A DNA stretch of 5,430 nt from a virus (lineage: Duplodnaviria; Heunggongvirae; Uroviricota; Caudoviricetes), in IMG/VR virus record IMGVR_UViG_3300014804_000067; one strand, given 5' to 3'. The translations under genes and the position numbers were made by a program. Positions 1-5,430 of this stretch are shown here, one piece after another. Position 1 is the stretch's first letter, and every line of letters begins with the position of its first letter. The notes beneath the pieces were generated by a model that was not told the origin of the DNA, ran no database searches, and saw only the letters and a list, made by a program, of their open reading frames with translations.

Positions 1-10
1 GGTGAGTGAT

Positions 11-139
11 ATGGATTTCGACACAATCATGGAAAAGGCTTACGAAGAATACTTCGAAGGTCTTGCCGAAGGCGAAGAAGCTCTCAGCTTCAACGAATTT
101 AAACAGGCGCTTTCCAGTTCGGCAAAATCTAACGGCTGA
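11..139 (+). CDS. Hypothetical small acidic protein (42 aa from ATG 11; may instead continue from upstream of the window)
   Basis: Open frame from position 2 to TGA 137..139; ATG at 11 preceded by GGTGA (1..5). Translation MDFDTIMEKAYEEYFEGLAEGEEALSFNEFKQALSSSAKSNG. Below the size cutoff of the ORF track. Not recognised. Confidence 0.3.
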   Translation: MDFDTIMEKAYEEYFEGLAEGEEALSFNEFKQALSSSAKSNG

Positions 140-168
140 TAAGCGAAACAGCACCGCGAGGAATCAGT

Positions 169-387
169 ATGCAGAAACGAGAACCCGTCATCATCGCGCC
201 AGACTATACCGATGATGAACTTTATGAGTGGATGCACCAGAAAATTAATGCAGCGTAGGATCTGAAATGGGCCAATGAAGCCAGGGCTAAGCAGGCTGAA
301 AATCTGTCCGCTCTGGAGCAGGATATCACTAATCTGGAAAAAGCAGCGGCATTAAGCATTGCCAGAATGATTACATACCCGCGTTAA
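169..387 (+). pseudogene. Small prophage ORF (72 codons) interrupted by an in-frame amber codon at 256..258; the 5' part alone would give a 29-aa product
   Basis: SD GAGGA at 158..162, 6 nt before ATG 169. Translation MQKREPVIIAPDYTDDELYEWMHQKINAA, then TAG, then the same frame stays open for 43 more protein-like codons (DLKWANEARAKQAENLSALEQDITNLEKAAALSIARMITYPR) to TAA 385..387. No alternative ORF covers 259..409. Confidence 0.4.
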
Positions 388-409
388 TAGCTAACCAACG
401 AGGCTAATA

Positions 410-811
410 ATGGAATTTAAAGATTTACCAGTACCATTCCAGGAAATGGCATCTAATGTGGTTCGCTCTCAACTGGCGACTCTTGACCTGAGTACTGTAG
501 AAAAGGAAACCATCGATACTATATCCGGTAACGTGCGTCGTGCCTTTATAGGTCTGTATGAAGAGAAGCGCCTATTCGGCGGACAGAATTCGACTGAAAA
601 CAAGAATCAAGCAAATGATGAGAAGCTGAAACACATTATCGCCTTACTTTTGGAAGACGCAAAACGTCTACAGCAACTGGAACCAAATGCAGGCACAGAG
701 GCCCGCATTTGGATTGCCATGAAATCACTCAAATGTGAAAGCAGTGATTATTTCAAAACAACAATTAAAACTACTCAACTTTCGGGAGAGCTACTGAAGA
801 AATTGCCATAA
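410..811 (+). CDS. Hypothetical protein, 133 aa
   Basis: ORF-track ORF; GAGG at 400..403, 6 nt before ATG 410; follows the previous ORF after a 22-nt spacer. Not recognised. Its last ~25 codons run into the AT-rich island and overlap the 3' end of the minus-strand ORF. Confidence 0.6.
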   Translation: MEFKDLPVPFQEMASNVVRSQLATLDLSTVEKETIDTISGNVRRAFIGLYEEKRLFGGQNSTENKNQANDEKLKHIIALLLEDAKRLQQLEPNAGTEARIWIAMKSLKCESSDYFKTTIKTTQLSGELLKKLP

Positions 812-965
812 GAGCACGGTCTTTCTCTTGTTCTGCAAGATGAGCATTAATACCTGGTATGGTTTTTTCAAATTTATCTATCTGTTGAATAACAACTTCG
901 CGGTATACGTTTGTATTTGTACCACCAAGCGCAGCCGTTAATGCAGAAAGCATATTTAGTATCAT
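771..965 (-). CDS. Hypothetical small protein, 64 aa (MILNMLSALTAALGGTNTNVYREVVIQQIDKFEKTIPGINAHLAEQEKDRALMAISSVALPKVE), stop-start coupled to the 27-codon ORF; alternatively the 3' part of a single frameshifted gene
   Basis: Minus-strand sequence reads cac-TGA-t-ATG: the upstream ORF stop (969..967) is followed after one nucleotide by ATG (965..963). No SD of its own. Same frame as ORF-track ORF 771..1055. Lies in the ~30% G+C island. Confidence 0.4.
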   Translation of the reverse strand: MILNMLSALTAALGGTNTNVYREVVIQQIDKFEKTIPGINAHLAEQEKDRALMAISSVALPKVE

Positions 966-966
966 A

Positions 967-1050
967 TCAGTGCGATATGAAAAGAATCCTGATAGCTTCA
1001 TCTTGTTTTTCAATAATAGATTGCAGGGCCTCAATTTGCTTTTTATCCAT
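967..1050 (-). CDS. Short upstream ORF, 27 aa (MDKKQIEALQSIIEKQDEAIRILFISH), with the strongest ribosome-binding site in the window
   Basis: On the minus strand AGGAGG (plus 1056..1061), spacer GTGAA, ATG (1050..1048); stops at TGA (969..967). The ORF track instead lists 771..1055 starting at a GTG that directly abuts the SD, which is an implausible spacing. Confidence 0.35.
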   Translation of the reverse strand: MDKKQIEALQSIIEKQDEAIRILFISH

Positions 1051-1055
1051 TTCAC

Positions 1056-1624
1056 CCTCCTGAGGGTTGGTAATTAAGGAGTTCTCCACGGGTCAGGTGG
1101 AGTGCGTGCGCCGGACACGGGTGAGCATCCGGCACTGACAGTTTACTGAAAAGGATATATCCCTGAAAAGTCAGGGCATAACACGAAAGCGCCCGGCGAA
1201 GTTAGTCTCTCTGTATAGGTCGTCATTAAATTTTCGTCGACCGCGCGCTTCCGGTTGTGGCACTCCGCGAAATGGCGCGGCGGTAAGTATGGCGGGGTTA
1301 TTCCTTCCCCGTTGAGGACACCGGGTTGTCAGGTTGACCATACGCTTAAGTGACAACCCCGCTGCAACGCCCTCTGTTATCAATTTTCTGGTGACGTTTG
1401 GCGGTATCAGTTTTACTCCGTGACTGCTCTGCCACCCTTTTTAAAGTGAATTTTGTGATGCGGTGAATGCGGCTATGCGCACGCGGAACAGTTAAAACCG
1501 TAAAGTGGTCTTTTACGGGGCGTAACGGGCATCCTTCTGTATTCCGGCGTTAATTGTTAACTGGTTAACGTCACCTGGAGGCACCAGGCACTGCATAACA
1601 AAATTCATTGTTGAGGACGCGATA
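1056..1624. other. ORF-free, GC-rich, hairpin-dense intergenic region; candidate structured RNA or regulatory region
   Basis: No credible ORF in six frames (only an Arg-rich TTG-start minus ORF). G+C about 60-67% in 60-nt samples against about 30% in the adjacent island. Perfect inverted repeats at 1110..1133 (6-bp stem), 1161..1176 (6-bp stem, 4-nt loop), 1323..1359 (9-bp stem, 19-nt loop), 1498..1518 (7-bp stem) and 1574..1588 (5-bp stem). Confidence 0.4.
1549..1568. promoter_or_regulatory. Three GTTAA(C) repeats at 7-8-nt spacing upstream of the 1625 gene; possible operator or protein-binding site
   Basis: cGTTAAttGTTAACtgGTTAACg: GTTAA at 1549..1553, 1556..1560 and 1564..1568; the last two are palindromic GTTAAC hexamers. 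No convincing sigma70 -35/-10 pair could be aligned to it. Confidence 0.25.
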
Positions 1625-1813
1625 ATGGAAACGTTATTACCAAACGTTAATACGTCTGAAGGTTGTTTTGAAATTGGTGTCACTATCAGTAACCCTGTAT
1701 TTACTGAAGATGCCATTAACAAGAGAAAACACGAACGGGAGTTATTAAATAAAATATGCATTCTTTCAATGCTGGCCCGTTTACGTCCGATACAAAAAGG
1801 ATGTGCACAATGA
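1625..1813 (+). CDS. Hypothetical small protein, 62 aa
   Basis: GAGGA at 1613..1617, 7 nt before ATG 1625. Its stop TGA (1811..1813) overlaps the ATG (1810..1812) of the next gene in an ATGA arrangement. Not recognised. Confidence 0.55.
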   Translation: METLLPNVNTSEGCFEIGVTISNPVFTEDAINKRKHERELLNKICILSMLARLRPIQKGCAQ

Positions 1814-2001
1814 ATACAGCATTTGCACTTGTTCTGACAGTTTTTCTTGTTTCCGGAGAGCCAGTTGATATTGCAGTCAGTGTTCACAGGACAATGCAGG
1901 AGTGTGTGACTGCAGCAACCGAACAGAAAATTCCCGGTAACTGTTACCCGGTCGATAAAGTTATTCACCAGGATAATAACGAAATCCCGGCAGGTCTTTA
2001 A
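1810..2001 (+). CDS. Small prophage protein, 63 aa, with a hydrophobic N-terminal segment (MNTAFALVLTVFLVSGEPVDIAVSV...); resembles from memory the small DUF1482-type proteins of E. coli lambdoid prophages
   Basis: AAAGGA at 1795..1800, 9 nt before ATG 1810; ATGA overlap with the upstream gene. The ORF track extends this frame to ATG 1756, which has no SD. The N-terminus looks like a signal peptide or transmembrane helix. Family assignment is recollection only. Confidence 0.6.
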   Translation: MNTAFALVLTVFLVSGEPVDIAVSVHRTMQECVTAATEQKIPGNCYPVDKVIHQDNNEIPAGL

Positions 2002-2093
2002 AACAGTTCCGTAATAAATATCCGGTTTCATTCTTATATGCCAGCAATGGCAGGGATTTGTTCACCCTTAAATCTGTAATGAGGTAAAACAAA

Positions 2094-4584
2094 ATGAGTA
2101 AAGTCTTTATTTGCGCCGCCATTCCGGACGAACAGGCAATAAAGGAAGAAGGTGCAGTCGCTGTAGCCACTGCCATTGAAGCCGGTGATGAACGTCGCGC
2201 CCGCGCAAAATTTCACTGGCAATTCCTGGAACATTATCCGGCTGCTCAGGACTGCGCTTATAAATTTCTTGTCTGCGAGGATAAACCCGGTATACCCCGC
2301 CCTGCCCTAGATTCCTGGGATGCTGAATATATGCAGGAAAACCGCTGGGATGAGGCGTCTGCTTCCTTTGTCCCGGTTGAGACTGAATCAGATCCGATGA
2401 ACGTCACTTTTGACAAGCTGGCCCCTGAAGTACAGAACNNNNNNNNNNGTACAGAACGCTGTCATGGTTAAGTTCGACACATGTGAAAACATCACCGTTG
2501 ATATGGTGATTAGCGCGCAGGAACTGTTGCAGGAAGACATGGCAACATTCGACGGACATATCGTTGAAGCGTTGATGAAAATGCCAGAAGTTAACGCCAT
2601 GTATCCGGAGCTTAAGCTGCATGCCATCGGGTGGGTTAAGCATAAATGTAAGCCTGGTGCCAAATGGCCCGAAATTCAGGCAGAGATGCGCATCTGGAAA
2701 AAACGTCGCGAAGGTGAACGCAAGGAAGCCGGAAAATACACGTCTGTTGTTGATCTCGCCCGCGCCAGAGCCAATCAACAGCACACTGAAAATTCAACAG
2801 GAAAAATCAGCCCGGTCATTGCTGCCATTCATCGCGAATACAAGCAGACATGGAAAACACTGGATGACGAACTGGCCTACGCTCTCTGGCCTGGTGATGT
2901 GGATGCCGGAAACATTGACGGCAGCATCCATCGCTGGGCAAAAAATGAAGTTATCGACAACGACCGCGAAGACTGGAAGCGTATCTCGGCATCAATGCGC
3001 AAACAGCCTGAAGCACTTGGCTATGACCGTCAGACTATTTTTGGCCTTGTCCGTGAACGTCCGATCGACATTCACAAAGATCCCGTGGCGCTGAACAAAT
3101 ACATCACTGAATACCTGACTACAAAGGGCGTGTTTGAAGATGAAGGAACAAATCAGAGCACAACTAATACTCTCCCGTCGCCAGTACCAGAAGCTGATGC
3201 AGTGGAAACGGCAATGCCGGACAACGAAAAAACCGAATGCAAAGTGGAAGTCGAACCATCTGTAGAGCGTGAGGGGCCGTTCTACTTCCTCTTCACCGAC
3301 AAGGATGGCGAAAAATACGGTCGCGCAAACAAACTTTCTGGTCTGGATAAGGCGCTGGCTGCCGGGGCAACTGAAATCACGAAAGAAGAATATTTTGCCC
3401 GCAAAAACGGCACATACACAGGTTCACAACAAAATACTGATGCATCTGACACGACCGCACAACCAGACCTGGTAAAAGTTACCGCTGACGAAGTAAACAA
3501 AATTATGCAGGCAGCCAGTATCAGCCAGCCTGACGCCGATAAGTTGCTTGCTGCCTCTCGCGGAGAATTTGTTGCAGGGATTAGCGACCCGAATGATCCG
3601 AAATGGGTAAAGGGGATTGAAACCCGCGATTCTGTAGACCAGAACCAGCAAGAATCGGAACAGAACGACCAGAAAGCGGAACAAAACAGCCCAAATGCGT
3701 TACAAAACGAGCCAGAAACGAAACAACCTGAACCAGTAGTGCAACAGGAACCGGAAAAGATCTGCACCGCCTGCGGTCAGACCGGCGGCGGCAACTGCCC
3801 TGATTGTGGCGCGGTGATGGGCGACGCAACATACCAGGAAACATTCGATGAAGAGTATCAGGTTGAAGTTCAGGAAGATGATCCGGAGGAAATGGAAGGC
3901 GCTGAACATCCACACAAGGAGAACACTGGCGGCAATCAGCATCACAATAGCGATAATGAAACTGGCGAGACGGCAGATCACCCAATTAAGGTGAACGGTC
4001 ATCACGAAATCACATCCACCAGCAGGACGTGTGACCATCTAATGATCGACCTTGAAACCATGGGAAAAAATCCTGATGCCCCGATCATCTCAATAGGTGC
4101 AATATTTTTCGATCCGCAAACCGGAGATATGGGACCGGAATTTAGTAAGACTATCGATCTGGAAACTGCTGGCGGGGTCATTGATCGGGACACCATTAAA
4201 TGGTGGCTTAAGCAATCACGCGAAGCGCAATCTGCCATTATGACCGATGAAATCCCGTTAGATGATGCACTGTTACAATTGCGGGAATTTATCGACGAAA
4301 ACTCCGGTGAATTTTTTGTTCAGGTTTGGGGAAATGGAGCCAACTTCGACAACACGATTTTGCGCCGTTCATACGAACGGCAGGGGATCCCCTGCCCGTG
4401 GCGTTACTACAACGATCGCGATGTACGCACAATCGTTGAGCTGGGGAAAGCCATAGACTTCGATGCCAGAACGGCTATTCCATTCGAAGGTGAGCGCCAT
4501 AATGCACTTGATGACGCCCGTTACCAGGCAAAATACGTTTCAGTTATCTGGCAAAAACTGATCCCGAGTCAGGCTGATTCTTAA
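2094..4584 (+). CDS. Large prophage exonuclease (~820 aa once the gap is resolved): N-terminal region recalled as exodeoxyribonuclease VIII/RecE-like, acidic Q/E/N/P-rich linker, C-x2-C-x7-C-x2-C zinc ribbon, C-terminal DEDDh 3'-5' exonuclease domain
   Basis: GAGG at 2080..2083, 10 nt before ATG 2094. The 2094 frame (ORF 2094..2471) and the 2410 frame (ORF 2410..4584) both encode VQN either side of the N run, and removing the 10 N plus one copy of the 9-mer joins them as ...DKLAPEVQNAVMVKFDTCENITV.... Cys codons at 3763, 3772, 3796, 3805. Exo motifs: DLETMG (D 4048, E 4054), WGNGANFDNT (D 4348), HNALDD (H 4498, D 4513). The TTG 'start' at 2410 is an artefact. Confidence 0.85.
2439..2448. other. 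Scaffold gap (10 N) flanked by a direct 9-bp duplication GTACAGAAC (2430..2438 and 2449..2457); probable unmerged contig overlap
   Basis: Read directly: gaaGTACAGAACnnnnnnnnnnGTACAGAACgct. It causes an apparent +1 frame change inside the exonuclease gene. Confidence 0.9.
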
Positions 4585-4596
4585 TGTTCAACTGTC

Positions 4597-4627
4597 GCCG
4601 GTTGTGACTGGTATTCTGCAACCGGCG
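4597..4627. repeat. Perfect 9-bp inverted repeat with a 13-nt loop between the exonuclease gene and xis; possible RNA stem-loop or protein-binding palindrome
   Basis: CGCCGGTTG (4597..4605) and CAACCGGCG (4619..4627) are exact reverse complements. No T-tract follows, so it is not a canonical intrinsic terminator. Confidence 0.4.
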
Positions 4628-4656
4628 CTCGTCTGATGTAAGAGATAAAGAAATCG

Positions 4657-4908
4657 ATGAGCGAAGTAATCATGATTGTCTCTCCCGGCAAATGGGTATC
4701 CGAAGAGCAGTTAATTGCGCTGAAAGGAATAAAAAAAGGTACGTTAAAAAAGGCCCGGGAAAAATCGTTTATGGAAGGAAGGGAATATAAGCATGTCGCT
4801 CATGACGGTATGCCATGGGATAACAGTCCATGCTTTTACAACCTGGAAGAAATTGATCGCTGGATTGAGCGCCAGGCATCAGCGAGACCAAGACGTCATC
4901 TTACTTGA
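4657..4908 (+). CDS. xis: Excisionase-like protein (Xis family), 83 aa
   Basis: Sits between the recombination gene and the integrase. Translation contains KWVSEEQL...GREYKHV...YNLEEIDRWIE, a GREY motif followed by a hydrophobic residue as in lambda Xis (DGREYLF). SD is weak (purine-rich AAGAG/AAAG); an alternative start is ATG 4672. Confidence 0.7.
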   Translation: MSEVIMIVSPGKWVSEEQLIALKGIKKGTLKKAREKSFMEGREYKHVAHDGMPWDNSPCFYNLEEIDRWIERQASARPRRHLT

Positions 4909-4942
4909 CTAAAAGCCACACTAACTAATGAGAGAAGTTGAA

Positions 4943-5430
4943 ATGAAATATCCGACAGGCGTGGAAAACCATGGAGGGAAATTACGTATCTGGTTTGTTT
5001 ATAAAGACGTAAGAGTCAGGGAAAATCTGGGGGTTCCTGACACAGCAAAAAACAGGCGCGTTGCAGGTGAACTACGCTCCTCTGTTTGTTACGCAATAAA
5101 AACTGGTGTTTTCGACTATGCAAAACAGTTTCCCTCCTCACGCAATCTGGAAAAATTTGGTGAGGCCCGACAAGATTTAACCATAAAAGAACTGGCTGAA
5201 AAATTTCTGGCACTGAAAGAAACTGAAGTCGCCAAAACATCACTCAACACATACCGTGCCGTCATCAAAAATATCCTGAGCATAATCGGTGAAAAAAATC
5301 TTGCCTCATCGATTAATAAAGAAAAATTACTGGAGGTTCGTAAAGAGTTACTGACTGGATACCAGATCCCCAAAAGTAACTATATTGTTACACAACCAGG
5401 GAGATCGGCTGTAACTGTAAATAATTACAT
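4943..5430 (+). CDS. int: Tyrosine integrase, N-terminal arm-binding and core-binding part; 3' end truncated by the window edge
   Basis: ATG 4943 preceded by purine-rich GAGAGAAG; an in-frame ATG at 4928 lacks an SD. Translation MKYPTGVENHGGKLRIWFVYKDVRVRENLGVPDTAKNRRVAGELRSSVCYAIKTGVFDYAKQF... resembles from memory the N-termini of lambdoid prophage integrases (for example Rac IntR, LPTGVE..IRIWF). No stop before 5430. Absent from the ORF track because it is open-ended. Confidence 0.85.
   Translation, partial: MKYPTGVENHGGKLRIWFVYKDVRVRENLGVPDTAKNRRVAGELRSSVCYAIKTGVFDYAKQFPSSRNLEKFGEARQDLTIKELAEKFLALKETEVAKTSLNTYRAVIKNILSIIGEKNLASSINKEKLLEVRKELLTGYQIPKSNYIVTQPGRSAVTVNNY

Larger units (their letters stand above)
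1..5430. mobile_element. Lambdoid prophage segment: early accessory ORFs, large exonuclease, xis, int, all transcribed rightward; the att site must lie beyond the right edge
   Basis: Gene content and order read from the translations: small SD-preceded ORFs, an ~820-aa exonuclease, an excisionase-like ORF and an integrase N-terminus running off the window. This matches the pL-operon-to-int layout of lambda-like phages. Confidence 0.8.

Noticed and set aside
40-237. 65-aa minus-strand ORF
   Set aside because: Antisense to the SD-initiated + strand small ORFs; no ribosome-binding site.
846-858. T6 run (852..857) after the 410..811 stop as an intrinsic terminator
   Set aside because: No stable GC-rich stem immediately precedes the T-tract.
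771-1055. ORF-track 94-aa ORF with GTG start at 1055
   Set aside because: The GTG directly abuts the AGGAGG SD (zero spacing). The SD is instead correctly spaced for ATG 1050 in another frame, so the locus is reinterpreted as a 27-codon ORF plus a 64-codon ORF, or a frameshifted gene.
1161-1176. Hairpin CCCTGA-AAAG-TCAGGG resembling a lambdoid nut boxB
   Set aside because: The loop is 4 nt rather than the 5-nt GNRNA-type loop, and no boxA-like CGCTCTTTA element lies upstream; similarity is superficial.
1171-1383. 70-aa minus-strand ORF in the GC-rich region
   Set aside because: TTG start without an SD; Arg/Pro/Gly-rich composition typical of a chance open frame in GC-rich DNA.
1056-1624. 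Possible tRNA or retron-type RNA in the non-coding region
   Set aside because: No GGTTCGA-type T-loop or cloverleaf arrangement was seen, and no reverse transcriptase gene is nearby; only a generic structured-RNA hypothesis is retained.
1513-2031. 172-aa minus-strand ORF, very Cys-rich
   Set aside because: It is antisense to two SD-initiated, translationally coupled + strand genes and the 2094 start region. It has no SD and its composition is typical of a spurious antisense frame.
1961-2234. Minus-strand ORFs 1961..2176 and 2034..2234
   Set aside because: Antisense to the end of the 1810..2001 gene and the start of the exonuclease gene; no SD.
2410-2412. TTG start of ORF-track ORF 2410..4584
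   Set aside because: Artefact of the scaffold gap; the gene starts at ATG 2094 with an SD and continues through the gap once the duplicated 9-mer is collapsed.
2388-2784. Minus-strand ORFs 2388..2663 and 2404..2784 crossing the N run
   Set aside because: Antisense to the exonuclease gene and containing translated Ns; spurious.
2621-4456. Internal ORFs inside the exonuclease gene (2621..3094 +, 3269..3475 +, 3282..3767 -, 3424..3684 -, 3581..3985 -, 3700..4038 -, 4002..4238 -, 4262..4456 +)
   Set aside because: All lie out of frame or antisense within a well-supported long CDS with recognisable motifs; no independent start signals.
5016-5373. Minus-strand ORFs 5016..5243 and 5116..5373
   Set aside because: Antisense to the clearly recognisable integrase N-terminus.
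1-5430. CRISPR arrays, IS elements, rRNA
   Set aside because: No repeat-spacer periodicity, terminal inverted repeats with a transposase, or rRNA-like sequence observed.

Overview
This window reads as the integration/recombination arm of a lambdoid enterobacterial prophage, with nearly all genes on the + strand. From left to right: three small tightly packed ORFs (11..139, 169..387 interrupted by an in-frame TAG, 410..811); an AT-rich island (about 30% G+C) carrying the only minus-strand genes; a 570-bp ORF-free, GC-rich (about 60%), hairpin-dense region (1056..1624); two translationally coupled small genes (1625..1813, 1810..2001); one large exonuclease gene (2094..4584) that is artificially split by a 10-N scaffold gap flanked by a duplicated 9-mer; an excisionase-like gene (4657..4908); and the 5' part of a tyrosine integrase (4943 to the window end). 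The large protein ends in a C-x2-C-x7-C-x2-C zinc ribbon and a DEDDh 3'-5' exonuclease domain, and no annealase gene follows it, so it is probably not a classical RecE/RecT or Exo/Bet pair. The most promising candidates for something undescribed are the AT-rich minus-strand cassette (a strongly initiated 27-codon ORF stop-start coupled to a 64-codon ORF) and the adjacent structured non-coding region, which could encode an RNA. No tRNA, rRNA, CRISPR array or IS element was seen. All family assignments are from reading the translations and from memory; no searches were run.
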